A DNA stretch of 64,000 bases, taken from the sequence record OM634661.1, one strand, 5' to 3'. The translations under genes were made by a program, and so were the position numbers. Below are positions 38,022 to 46,915 of the stretch, in pieces (the first letter of the stretch is position 1; every line of letters begins with the position of its first letter). Below the pieces are notes generated by a model. The model saw only the letters and a program-made list of their open reading frames with translations, searched no databases and was not told the DNA's origin.

Positions 38022-38612
38022 TTATCTTGTATAAGGTTTAAAATGGTTTGGATTTATATTAATAAAGCCAACATTATTTCTTTTGGCATAATTGATGCAG
38101 TTTCCAGTACCACCTGATGTTCCATCCCAAACAGAAAGAATAAATGAAGAACGATCAACCATCCATTCATTTCTTTTTTGCATACAAGCAGGTGTGTAAT
38201 GAGTAGCAATTACATGAGAGTAATCACATTGTTTTAAAATATCAGCATGTTGCTTTTGAGACTCTTGAGGCCATTGTTGAGGTTGACCTTCACAAGGAAT
38301 TGCAGCGATTAATCTAATGTGAGGATATTTATTCTTGAGAGATAAAACGATTCGAGCAGCCCACATGTCTGTGCCTAGAGCCATACCTGTAATAAAGGTG
38401 TCATAACTTCTATTGAGAATAAGGCTCTCAATCTCTTTTCTTAAGTGATTCAAAAGCTGTTTGTTTCCATTAGCATAAGGGTCATATCCAAAAAGTTTGT
38501 TTGGTCTATGTCCTGTAAAACAACAAGTTTTCTTTTGATTAAAATTAGGAATTTCATTCTCAACAGATTTTTGTTGTTTGTTTGAATACTGAACACCTGC
38601 TGAAGTTCTCAT
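38022..38612 (-). CDS. SLOG superfamily protein (YspA/DUF1273-like)
   Basis: CCFTGHRP, FITGMALGTDMWAA, AAIPC..Q...W, MQKRNEWMVD, DGTSGGT. Confidence 0.9.
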   Translation of the reverse strand: MRTSAGVQYSNKQQKSVENEIPNFNQKKTCCFTGHRPNKLFGYDPYANGNKQLLNHLRKEIESLILNRSYDTFITGMALGTDMWAARIVLSLKNKYPHIRLIAAIPCEGQPQQWPQESQKQHADILKQCDYSHVIATHYTPACMQKRNEWMVDRSSFILSVWDGTSGGTGNCINYAKRNNVGFININPNHFKPYTR

Positions 38613-38635
38613 ATGACCACTCCTAGTAAATATAA

Positions 38636-38839
38636 TTATTTTTCATAAACAATTGAAAGTAAATGCTGTTCATTACCTTTTTCATAAAGAAAGCTTAAAT
38701 TATCATCCATAATTGTTTCTTTAAATTGAAAACCTTGAATTTCTAAGAGGTTTATGGAATTTTTTAAACGATCCATATGATCATCTTCCCAATCATTGAA
38801 AATATGAGTTTGTTTAATCATATTAATCAAAATAGCCAC
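38636..38839 (-). CDS. Hypothetical protein, about 67 aa
   Basis: Co-directional ORF. Confidence 0.5.
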   Translation of the reverse strand: MAILINMIKQTHIFNDWEDDHMDRLKNSINLLEIQGFQFKETIMDDNLSFLYEKGNEQHLLSIVYEK

Positions 38840-38890
38840 TCCTTCAAATGATATAATAGCATAAAAAAAGAGCGCCTAAAAAGACACTCT

Positions 38891-39088
38891 TTAATGGTAG
38901 TGAATTAATGTAATTAAAGTCAATGTAGATATAATAAAACAATAAACAAATAAAGCGCCATAAATCTTTTCTTTGACTGTTTCCTTTTTACTTGTTGAAC
39001 AATCCAATCCACTTTTAATAAAAAAGTAAATGGATAATAAGGAAAAAACAATAAATAGAATATAAGACAAAGAAATTTGTAAGATCAT
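38891..39088 (-). CDS. Small membrane protein (2 TM)
   Basis: Two hydrophobic segments. Confidence 0.6.
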   Translation of the reverse strand: MILQISLSYILFIVFSLLSIYFFIKSGLDCSTSKKETVKEKIYGALFVYCFIISTLTLITLIHYH

Positions 39089-39089
39089 T

Positions 39090-39389
39090 TTACTTGTTCA
39101 CTTTAACAATGATATTTCGTTTATACTTATCTTTTTTGTAGAAATAAGTATAGGTCTTTCCTTCTTTCAAATTCTTACGATACCATTCATTTGAAGATCT
39201 CATGACATAAACCTTACCTTTCGATGTCTTCACCTCAAATGTATTAGTATCAGCATAACCAATATGTTTCGCTTTCACATGATAAACTTTAGGTGCTGCG
39301 TCTACTTCCTGTGGCAATGTAGTTGCTGTAAATAATAGTGATAACAAAGCAAAAGTAGAAAGTAATTTTTTCATTTCTGATTCCTCCAA
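39090..39389 (-). CDS. Small secreted basic protein
   Basis: Signal peptide MKKLLSTFALLSLLFTATTLPQEVDA; true start probably at MKKLL. Confidence 0.7.
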   Translation of the reverse strand: MEESEMKKLLSTFALLSLLFTATTLPQEVDAAPKVYHVKAKHIGYADTNTFEVKTSKGKVYVMRSSNEWYRKNLKEGKTYTYFYKKDKYKRNIIVKVNK

Positions 39390-39407
39390 ATTGTAATGTG
39401 ATATGTC

Positions 39408-39785
39408 TTATTTATTTGTAAGCATTTCTATAAGATCTCTTATGGCAAAATATTCAGGATTAATGATTGGACCAATACTTAAAAAAATAAAAATTAGTCC
39501 AAATAGATATAAAAAAAATGTGACAACATGAAGTGCTGCATATAAAGCACCATCTCCAATTTTCTTTACATCATGTAGAGATCCGTAACTGGATAAATGA
39601 ACTTTCCATAAGAAAAACGATAAAGCAATTGCAAATAGAGTTAAAAATATCCCACCAGATAAATTAATAATACCTCCATAATATGCTTGTTCAATTAGAA
39701 CGTCATAGACATGTTCACCAGCAACACCAAGCTTAACTGCAATTCTATCAATATAATCAGTCACTTTATCAAATGCTTTATCCAT
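39408..39785 (-). CDS. Membrane protein, 125 aa
   Basis: Two TM segments; AGGAG RBS. Confidence 0.75.
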   Translation of the reverse strand: MDKAFDKVTDYIDRIAVKLGVAGEHVYDVLIEQAYYGGIINLSGGIFLTLFAIALSFFLWKVHLSSYGSLHDVKKIGDGALYAALHVVTFFLYLFGLIFIFLSIGPIINPEYFAIRDLIEMLTNK

Positions 39786-39804
39786 TTAACACACTCCTAT
39801 TTAC

Positions 39805-39927
39805 TTAATTGTATTGAATGCGATACCATCCATTTTCTAAAGGCTTAATATTCACATTCCTTCCTTGTTTTAACGCTTCAGAAACAATATCTAAAGCATC
39901 TTGAATTGTTGAAACTTCTGTCCACAT
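39805..39927 (-). CDS. Small ORF, 40 aa (MWTEVSTIQDALDIVSEALKQG...)
   Basis: AGGAGTG RBS; hand-translated. Confidence 0.6.
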   Translation of the reverse strand: MWTEVSTIQDALDIVSEALKQGRNVNIKPLENGWYRIQYN

Positions 39928-39960
39928 AAAAATCACTCCTATTAATATAATAATTGTTTG

Positions 39961-40269
39961 TTAGTCGATGACAATATCTTCAAGCATAAAAGCTTCTATA
40001 GGCTGATATTCTTCATAATAATGAATAAGTGTTTTTAAAAAAGACATTGGTTTATTTGAAAATTCCTCTACATAAAATGTACTACCAGTACTATCAATCA
40101 ATTTCTTAGATTGAGTATTATTAGTTCTAACATGTCTTAATGAGTATAAGAAATCTCTGTCTATAGTAAATAGAGAAGCTTTTTCAATTAAGTCTAGATA
40201 GTCGTAGTGCATTTCAAATTCAATGATATACGGTTTACCTTTATAAGTAATCTCTTTACTACGCATCAT
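39961..40269 (-). CDS. Hypothetical protein, family A (paralog of 47283-47612)
   Basis: KEITYKGKPYIIEFEM...PIEAFMLEDIVID. Confidence 0.75.
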   Translation of the reverse strand: MMRSKEITYKGKPYIIEFEMHYDYLDLIEKASLFTIDRDFLYSLRHVRTNNTQSKKLIDSTGSTFYVEEFSNKPMSFLKTLIHYYEEYQPIEAFMLEDIVID

Positions 40270-40298
40270 AGTGTTGCCTCCTATATATAAGGATGGAC

Positions 40299-40589
40299 TT
40301 ATAATTGCCCATTCCATTGATGAAAATCATTTAACTGTTGAGATTCTTGATGATTCTTATTGATATTTCGTTCATGAGATGCTACTAATTCTTTTGTAAG
40401 AGCTATAGGATCATCAAAAAGATGCTGCCACTTTGTTCCTAGAGCATGGAAAGAAGAGACTCTCATAAGGTTATTTCCAAAATTATCATATAGAGAGGCG
40501 GATTGAATGTCTGAAGAAGATGAATCATAATAAGTAATTACAACTCTATAATTAATACCTTTTGATTGTATATCCTTTTCAATTTTCAT
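40299..40589 (-). CDS. Hypothetical protein, family A-related
   Basis: KDIQSKGINY...WNGQL. Confidence 0.7.
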   Translation of the reverse strand: MKIEKDIQSKGINYRVVITYYDSSSSDIQSASLYDNFGNNLMRVSSFHALGTKWQHLFDDPIALTKELVASHERNINKNHQESQQLNDFHQWNGQL

Positions 40590-40625
40590 GATATAGTAAT
40601 CCTCCTGTATGTAGAGAAAGGACAA

Positions 40626-40916
40626 TTAAAGATGTCCATCCCAATTTTCAATTTCATAAAACAAATCATTTCGATAAGAGCTATCTTCATTTTCTCGATA
40701 ATCTTCTATAGTTGCAATAATGGCTTTTTGATAATCTCTCATGTATTGAGAGTCATGAAACGTATTGGAATCAAATTCAAGAGTATTAAGAAACTTACCA
40801 TTCACATCTCTTAGAACAATACGTCTAGTAAAAGACGTATCAGGATCTATGTGTATTTCAGTAAGGAACTTAACGCCTTCATAGACGACTTCTTTATTAA
40901 TACTTGTTGTACTCAC
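40626..40916 (-). CDS. Hypothetical protein, family A-related
   Basis: KEVVYEGVKF...WDGHL. Confidence 0.7.
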   Translation of the reverse strand: MSTTSINKEVVYEGVKFLTEIHIDPDTSFTRRIVLRDVNGKFLNTLEFDSNTFHDSQYMRDYQKAIIATIEDYRENEDSSYRNDLFYEIENWDGHL

Positions 40917-40936
40917 AATATCAGCTCCTATATATA

Positions 40937-41431
40937 TTAAAACTCATTACCATACTTACTCTGTATTGCTTTCATAGCTGGAGAATATGCTTTTTCAATT
41001 AATAATTGAGCTAATTCATGAGGATTAGTAGGTGTATCATCATGTTCAAATTTAACTATAGTTTCATAAACCAATTGATATTTTTGATCCATAAAAGTCA
41101 TTAGACTTGCTATGCCATGAATACTATCAATCCCTTTTTTAAAAGCACGATAATCCATCTTATAAAGTTGAAACAAAGATTTGTTTAGAGATGTACTATG
41201 TGGATGTTTAAATACAAAAACAAAAGTTTCTCCAGTGCCATCATTAAATGGTCTAATGAATTTAACATGTGCTCCTTTGTCTCTATCTTCATCGCACAAC
41301 TCATAATGAAAGTCGTTAACAAGCATTCTCTCTATATCTCGATAAAAGATATAACCTGGCTCGTTATTCACACTTTGTATAGTAAGATTCGAGTGAACAA
41401 GAGAAAAGAAATTCTTTTCAGATTCAGTCAT
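40937..41431 (-). CDS. Hypothetical protein, family B
   Basis: NNEPGYIF..DIERMLVNDFHY resembles the next gene. Confidence 0.7.
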   Translation of the reverse strand: MTESEKNFFSLVHSNLTIQSVNNEPGYIFYRDIERMLVNDFHYELCDEDRDKGAHVKFIRPFNDGTGETFVFVFKHPHSTSLNKSLFQLYKMDYRAFKKGIDSIHGIASLMTFMDQKYQLVYETIVKFEHDDTPTNPHELAQLLIEKAYSPAMKAIQSKYGNEF

Positions 41432-41559
41432 GATTATTACCTCCTAATTCAATACAAGTTTTATGATTAATAACTACAAACTGTATTCGATCATTGTAAA
41501 GATCTTTTAAAATATGATGAATCTCTATATCGCAATGATTCTTTTCGAACAAAGATTCA

Positions 41560-42057
41560 TTAGCCATTATAACTAGACCTCTTTCTTATATCATCATTAT
41601 ACCTATCAACGATTGGATTAATATGAACCTCATACATTTTAGATAGATAGCTATATAATTCCTCATAAGATAATTGACCAAATGGAACATTTTCATAAGT
41701 TTCATAAGGGGCATCAAGAAGAAGTTGAAAAGAATTAGAAACCTGCAAAGTAACATCAACATAATCACTAACATGATTAAATTCTTCAAATAAAGTATCT
41801 ATTCTATGAGTATTAAGTGCATAGACTTTGTATGATGTAGATTCAAGTGAAATGAGTAGGATATAGTCATGATATTCATTGTTTGGAACAGGTGAAACTT
41901 GGATTTGTTTTGTAAATGCACTGAATGGATAATGGTTACTTTTATAACCAAAAGAATTAACGAGCAAGTGCTCAGTTTGAGCCATAAAGATAAGACCTCT
42001 CTCATCATTCTGTGAGTGGGGTGATAAGTGTCCATGAAATTCTTCAAATAGATTCAT
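41560..42057 (-). CDS. Hypothetical protein, family B
   Basis: NDERGLIF..QTEHLLVNSFGY. Confidence 0.7.
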   Translation of the reverse strand: MNLFEEFHGHLSPHSQNDERGLIFMAQTEHLLVNSFGYKSNHYPFSAFTKQIQVSPVPNNEYHDYILLISLESTSYKVYALNTHRIDTLFEEFNHVSDYVDVTLQVSNSFQLLLDAPYETYENVPFGQLSYEELYSYLSKMYEVHINPIVDRYNDDIRKRSSYNG

Positions 42058-42275
42058 TATATGTTCCTCCCTGTAATAGCTGATGGTACTTTACGAGTAC
42101 CAAATTCTTTCACAAATTCATGATAATGTTCATCTGGTAAAACAACTCTTTTGAAGCAAATCTGACATTCTCCTCCATCAGTAAGTAAAGGACCACCTCT
42201 TGGATCTCTATAAGAATTAATCCAAATAGTAGGATTTCCACAAGATTCACAATTCCAATTTTTTAAGTAAGCCAT
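42057..42275 (-). CDS. Small zinc-finger protein
   Basis: CESC...CQIC; GGAGG RBS. Confidence 0.7.
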   Translation of the reverse strand: MAYLKNWNCESCGNPTIWINSYRDPRGGPLLTDGGECQICFKRVVLPDEHYHEFVKEFGTRKVPSAITGRNI

Positions 42276-42309
42276 TAAAAAACCTCCTTTATTTTAAAGA
42301 GATTGTATA

Positions 42310-42525
42310 CTATATAAAGCTAATAATGATGAAATAGAATCCTAATATCATTAAACATATTGAAAGAAGAATACAGAGTGCATTTAAAAATTTACTTTCA
42401 TTACTAAACGTATATATCTTTTGAAAGAAAAAGAAAATTCCAAATGAGTAGATAACTAGACCACATAGAAAATAGATGAATTTATTAGAAGCAAACCAAG
42501 TAATAGCAGTGTCTAAAAAATCCAT
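42310..42525 (-). CDS. Small membrane protein (2 TM), 71 aa
   Basis: Start at MDFLDT after GGAGG. Confidence 0.65.
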   Translation of the reverse strand: MDFLDTAITWFASNKFIYFLCGLVIYSFGIFFFFQKIYTFSNESKFLNALCILLSICLMILGFYFIIISFI

Positions 42526-42621
42526 CAGATTAAATCCTCCATTATTAGAAATATTTGACTCTGATATGATAGCATAAAAAAAGGGCGCTGTCAGTATCAA
42601 CAACACCCTTTTTAAAACTAT

Positions 42622-43158
42622 TTATTTTACATCTTCAAGAAGAGAGTCTACATAAGACAAAATTTGCGCTTGTACTGGACGAGCAAGTTCAACATCATTG
42701 GAGTATCTACGCTGTCCTTCAGTTTCCCAAGAACGACTTGGAACCTGTAGATAAATTTGACCAGGCTTTTTAACAGATTCACGAATTTGAAGACCACTAA
42801 CTGATCCAATTACTGTTTCAAGAGTGATATTGGCAATTGTGCCATTTGCATATTGACCTGGTGTTGGCTCATAAACCTTAATTTCAAGAACACCAATGTC
42901 AAGGTTTTTAGGTTCTTCTGTTACAGAAGCAAGATCACCTTCACGATTTTTGTACCATTCACCAGCGCCTTGAAGTAGTTCAGTTTTCAAGCGGCGTGAT
43001 GCATTAAATACTTTCTTAGCAGGTGCAGAAGCACCAGCAGTTTGACGATTCTTTTCAGCAGTTTTTTCCATTTGTTTTTCCTCCTTTTTTTGTAGAGCTT
43101 GTTCCTTTTCAGCTTTACCTTCTTCGATAAGTGTTTTTCTTGCAGTTCCCATAGCCAT
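42622..43158 (-). CDS. SpoVG-like nucleic-acid-binding protein with a charged N-terminal extension
   Basis: IANITLE....VSGLQIRE...GQIYLQVPSRSW...G.RRYSND...VQAQIL. Confidence 0.65.
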   Translation of the reverse strand: MAMGTARKTLIEEGKAEKEQALQKKEEKQMEKTAEKNRQTAGASAPAKKVFNASRRLKTELLQGAGEWYKNREGDLASVTEEPKNLDIGVLEIKVYEPTPGQYANGTIANITLETVIGSVSGLQIRESVKKPGQIYLQVPSRSWETEGQRRYSNDVELARPVQAQILSYVDSLLEDVK

Positions 43159-43323
43159 ATAGCTATTCCTCCTTATACGGTTTGTGCCGTTTATTATTGT
43201 AGTGATCAGTTTGTAAGGTACTGTCCAACCTTTTTATTATATTAAATATAATATCTTGTAAATAAGGTTTTCATTTTGAAGAAAATCAGATGATTTGAAT
43301 AGATGGTTATAAATAGATGTGAA

Positions 43324-43521
43324 TTATAAAGTATTTTGAATAACGGTAAACTTATCATTAAATTCATAGAAGGTTCTACCTCTAATTGATCCTTTAACAC
43401 CTCTAAATTTAGATTCACCTAAATAGATGGCACGATCGCCTTTGTAAATGATATTGGATATTGCATCTTCTTGCCATTCAACAATATCACCTCTTTTTAA
43501 CTCGATTTTATTATCTTGCAA
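43324..43521 (-). CDS. Hypothetical protein, 65 aa
   Basis: AAGGAGG RBS, TTG start. Confidence 0.65.
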   Translation of the reverse strand: MQDNKIELKRGDIVEWQEDAISNIIYKGDRAIYLGESKFRGVKGSIRGRTFYEFNDKFTVIQNTL

Positions 43522-43546
43522 AGTAAAACCTCCTTAAAATAAAACA

Positions 43547-43633
43547 TTAGTGATCACAAGAACAAGTTTCATGATTGTTAAAACAATCAGAGCAAATAAA
43601 ATCATCAAGAATTTCTTCTAAAATAGAGTCCAT
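43547..43633 (-). CDS. Cys-rich mini-protein, 28 aa (MDSILEEILDDFICSDCFNNHETCSCDH)
   Basis: AAGGAGGTG RBS with 7-nt spacing; hand-translated. Confidence 0.65.
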   Translation of the reverse strand: MDSILEEILDDFICSDCFNNHETCSCDH

Positions 43634-43667
43634 TTATATCACCTCCTTAAAGTTAATAAATCATCCA

Positions 43668-43913
43668 TTAAGAGTCAGTTTTATCAACGTCATGAAAAAT
43701 ATCAAGAGCCATATTTAAAATAGTTTCTTTTGGAAGTGCATACTTGTCAGCATCTTCTTGAAGGAGTAAGCAAAAATTAGGATATAAAGCAAAAGTATCA
43801 ATGCCTTTTTTAATCCAGAGTTTCTTCAGAAATTTCAAATGTCTTTCTAATTTCTCTGTAGTATCATAAATCATCATTTTTAACAACATCCTTTCCACTA
43901 ATAACTTCTTCAT
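43668..43913 (-). CDS. Hypothetical protein, about 81 aa
   Basis: Overlapping co-directional ORF. Confidence 0.55.
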   Translation of the reverse strand: MKKLLVERMLLKMMIYDTTEKLERHLKFLKKLWIKKGIDTFALYPNFCLLLQEDADKYALPKETILNMALDIFHDVDKTDS

Positions 43914-44205
43914 CTGGATAATCTGTTATTCTTTGAAGATACATAAAGGCCATATCAAGTTGTTGTAAAAAAGCATCTTTGGCAAGAGCCATAGTAACAA
44001 CAGAGCTTGATAAAGTTGTCTTATCAACATGTTCAGTAAAAATTTCTTCTGCAACTTTTTTAGCAAGAGGTGCAAGTTCTTTACTCATAGAAATCCAATG
44101 ATCATGACGTGGCTTATATCTTTCAAGAGAATTTTTGATACGAATTTCCTGCCAAGTTCTTTCAATAGGTCCAATCTTATCTTTTCCAGACAATATAAAA
44201 ACCAC
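43864..44205 (-). CDS. Hypothetical protein, 113 aa
   Basis: Co-directional ORF. Confidence 0.65.
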   Translation of the reverse strand: MVFILSGKDKIGPIERTWQEIRIKNSLERYKPRHDHWISMSKELAPLAKKVAEEIFTEHVDKTTLSSSVVTMALAKDAFLQQLDMAFMYLQRITDYPDEEVISGKDVVKNDDL

Positions 44206-44224
44206 CTTTTTTAGAATATAAAAA

Positions 44225-44245
44225 AGCAGATCTTTATGATCTGCT
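44225..44245 (-). terminator. Intrinsic terminator
   Basis: AGCAGATC-ATAAA-GATCTGCT followed by a T run. Confidence 0.7.
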
Positions 44246-44451
44246 TAGTTTAATTGAAGTGATTGAGTTGAAGGTACAATTACTGCTTTTCTATGTCCAA
44301 AATTACTCTTGTTGATAAGAATCAAATGTTTTTTGAGCTGTTCATAAGGAAGAGGCTCTTCATTGTATTGCTGCCAACCATATCCTTCAGTAATATAAAG
44401 AATGCAGGACTCATCATCTTTTATTTTTTTCAAGATACATCTTCCTTTCAA
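44245..44451 (-). CDS. Hypothetical protein, about 68 aa
   Basis: Co-directional ORF ending at the terminator. Confidence 0.55.
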   Translation of the reverse strand: MKGRCILKKIKDDESCILYITEGYGWQQYNEEPLPYEQLKKHLILINKSNFGHRKAVIVPSTQSLQLN

Positions 44452-44701
44452 TTAATTTTTTCTTATTTTCCAATAAGGAAATATCAAGTAGTTCAGTTAA
44501 TATAACAACAAATGCCAAGTAAAGAAAATACAATATCATCCCATTAGCTGTAAAGCCTTTGGTGTGATATGTAAAGATTATAGATGCAACAAATAGAAAA
44601 GGTGCAAAAACATATTTGTTAAATAAAACATAATAATGATTTGTCACAAGCATAATATATTCTGAATCATGCTTCTTTTTCAAAACAACAACCTCTTTCA
44701 A
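44414..44701 (-). CDS. Small membrane protein (2 TM)
   Basis: Hydrophobic segments. Confidence 0.6.
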   Translation of the reverse strand: MKEVVVLKKKHDSEYIMLVTNHYYVLFNKYVFAPFLFVASIIFTYHTKGFTANGMILYFLYLAFVVILTELLDISLLENKKKLIERKMYLEKNKR

Positions 44702-44778
44702 ATGAATTATGCCCTATATTTTATAGAATAAAACATTGTAATAGATATTTAACATTTCTTTAAAATAATTAATAAATA

Positions 44779-45003
44779 TTACTTTCTTTTAATTATTGCC
44801 TTCATATCCATCTGTATAAGTCCAACAATTAAAAAAATGAATGCAGATAATATACAAATAATATAAAAAACAATAAGCACATAGGGATTATTAAATTTGT
44901 CAATATAAACATAATACTTAAATAGCTTGAGGAGAGCATAGAGGACAGAAAACATGATAAGATAACCTGATATGTAGCAAATCCATAAGAAGAATCTTTT
45001 CAA
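44779..45003 (-). CDS. Small membrane protein (2 TM), 74 aa
   Basis: TTG start after AAGGAGG. Confidence 0.65.
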   Translation of the reverse strand: MKRFFLWICYISGYLIMFSVLYALLKLFKYYVYIDKFNNPYVLIVFYIICILSAFIFLIVGLIQMDMKAIIKRK

Positions 45004-45019
45004 GAAGTAAACCTCCTTA

Positions 45020-45358
45020 TTATTCAATATCTTTTTGTTGAATAATGATATAATCAAATTCTTTTTCTTTCTTCTTACGATAATCATCAAGATAAACAAT
45101 TTTCTTATTTCTTTCAGAAAAGTTGATGATATCATGACAACTATCTGTAAATACTTGTCCTGTTAAAAAAGTGAATATTTGAAGAAGAATAAAAGATGCA
45201 ACAAAAATCATACCTTTAGGATCTTTATAATATCCTTGTTCAAAGAAATTAATAGTTATAAGTAAATTAGCTAAGATTAGTAAGGCCATAGTAAGAAAAA
45301 GAAGAATGGAAAGCAAAATCATGGTTAAATACTTGATTCTATTTTTGAATTTCGTCAA
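45020..45358 (-). CDS. Membrane protein (2 TM), 112 aa
   Basis: GAGGAGGTG RBS, TTG start. Confidence 0.7.
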   Translation of the reverse strand: MTKFKNRIKYLTMILLSILLFLTMALLILANLLITINFFEQGYYKDPKGMIFVASFILLQIFTFLTGQVFTDSCHDIINFSERNKKIVYLDDYRKKKEKEFDYIIIQQKDIE

Positions 45359-45573
45359 AAATTAGCACCTCCTCATAAAAAAATCTATTACATCATGTGT
45401 AAATTAGGAAAAAACTCCTTATTATATAATAACAGTTATTTTTGATAAGAAAATAGACAATTTGAAAGAAAAACAAAAAAAGGCTGAATCACGCATGAGA
45501 TTAACTTATTTTTCACCTCAAAAAGACATTTTGAAGAAAAAAATTCTCATAGTGATCAGCCAGTATTTTTCCA

Positions 45574-45705
45574 TTATAAAATTGCTAAAATTGTTAACGC
45601 CGAAAAACCTAAAAACATCGAAGTTGTTGAAATTGAATTATGCTTATTCATTGTAAATAATCCAATAATAAAAGAGATGATGCATAGAGCTAAGATGACA
45701 TACAT
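45574..45705 (-). CDS. Small membrane protein, 43 aa
   Basis: AGGAG RBS; hand-translated MYVILALCIISFIIGLF... Confidence 0.55.
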   Translation of the reverse strand: MYVILALCIISFIIGLFTMNKHNSISTTSMFLGFSALTILAIL

Positions 45706-45722
45706 AAGATGAATACACTCTC

Positions 45723-45908
45723 CTATGCTATTAAGATATAAAACCAAGTACCAATGGCAAATAAAGAATAACCAAATAGAAAAGCCATGATGAATGACCG
45801 AAGGCCTTGCTTTAAATTCTTATAATAAACCAAGTAGTAAGCAAGAGCGGCAAAGGATAATACAGTGAAGGGAATAAGCATAAGAGTAAACATCAATTTC
45901 AATTCCAT
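45723..45908 (-). CDS. Small membrane protein (2 TM), 61 aa
   Basis: AAGGAG RBS. Confidence 0.7.
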   Translation of the reverse strand: MELKLMFTLMLIPFTVLSFAALAYYLVYYKNLKQGLRSFIMAFLFGYSLFAIGTWFYILIA

Positions 45909-45930
45909 AAGAACATCTCCTTATATATAA

Positions 45931-46017
45931 TTAGGTTCTTTTAAAGAGCAGGTAACAAGACAGACCTAGTATAATGAATGCGCCGAATACTGTAAATAAT
46001 AGCTGTGATAAATCCAT
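45931..46017 (-). CDS. Single-TM mini-protein, 28 aa (MDLSQLLFTVFGAFIILGLSCYLLFKRT)
   Basis: AAAGGAG RBS; hand-translated. Confidence 0.55.
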   Translation of the reverse strand: MDLSQLLFTVFGAFIILGLSCYLLFKRT

Positions 46018-46039
46018 CTTTCAATAACTCCTTTATATA

Positions 46040-46435
46040 TTAATAAAACTTACATTCTCTAGGTACTATAAGGAAGTCAACTTCTTCAGAATACCAACCA
46101 TTAGATTCTCCATACCATCTTAAAGTAACGTCACCTTTTATTGTTGCAAATTTATAAAATGACCAAGTTTGTGATCCATCCTCTGTCTTAGATTTTTCAG
46201 TGACTACTTCAGACATTAAGAGAGGATGACCAACTAAGTCTTCTAAATCACCTATAATATCTTCTAGGTAAACAGATTCACAACAGCTTTGATCATGACA
46301 CATTAAATATTGATGGCCGCTGGATGTCTCAAATAACAATTCATTCTTTTTAATACGTTCAACTCTTTTAAGAGTCTTACCTAATAAAGAAGAAACATCT
46401 TTGTGATTCCAAAGATAACGCTCCACATATAACAA
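46040..46435 (-). CDS. Conserved phage protein (CCESVYLED...WYGESNGWYSE type)
   Basis: HDQSCCESVYLEDIIGDLEDLVG, TWSFYKFATIKGDVTLRWYGESNGWYSE. Confidence 0.8.
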   Translation of the reverse strand: MLYVERYLWNHKDVSSLLGKTLKRVERIKKNELLFETSSGHQYLMCHDQSCCESVYLEDIIGDLEDLVGHPLLMSEVVTEKSKTEDGSQTWSFYKFATIKGDVTLRWYGESNGWYSEEVDFLIVPRECKFY

Positions 46436-46447
46436 CTCCTTTATATA

Positions 46448-46915
46448 TTAATAAGAGGTTAGATTAAACTTAATATTAATAGGACCACCATTACATTCTG
46501 GATTATCAAATGTAAGTAAGTAATGATCAGTGTAGATACAAGAATCAAATTCTTCATGGCAAACAGCTTCTACAGTAAATGACTTTCCATACTTATTAGG
46601 ATAATCATCTATATGAAGCTCAACAAGTTCACCTTTTATATCTACAATCACATGCTTATCAACATGAGGATGTTTTTGTCTCTCAATAATAAGAGGCTCG
46701 CCAGAACACAGAGGATTATCATATCCAATTTGATATGTTGTAAAGCGATCATTACTAATATCATCTCTCATATCCTCTCTACCTGTAACATAATATAAAC
46801 CATCTTCAAAATGAAGAAAGTCGTCAATAACCAAATTCATTTTAAATCCATTATATATAACAGATACTTCTTTATTTACATATGATAAATCCATATATAT
46901 AAGAACTCCTTTCAT
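46448..46915 (-). CDS. Hypothetical protein with an internal two-fold duplication
   Basis: IDD...DNPLCSGEPL and IDD...DNPECNGGPI. Confidence 0.7.
   Translation of the reverse strand: MKGVLIYMDLSYVNKEVSVIYNGFKMNLVIDDFLHFEDGLYYVTGREDMRDDISNDRFTTYQIGYDNPLCSGEPLIIERQKHPHVDKHVIVDIKGELVELHIDDYPNKYGKSFTVEAVCHEEFDSCIYTDHYLLTFDNPECNGGPINIKFNLTSY

Noticed and set aside
2939-42047. Alternative-frame minus-strand ORFs inside larger genes (for example 2939-3121, 4333-4557, 14009-14206, 31805-32071, 41799-42047)
   Set aside because: They overlap genes with clear family motifs and have biased compositions typical of off-frame reads
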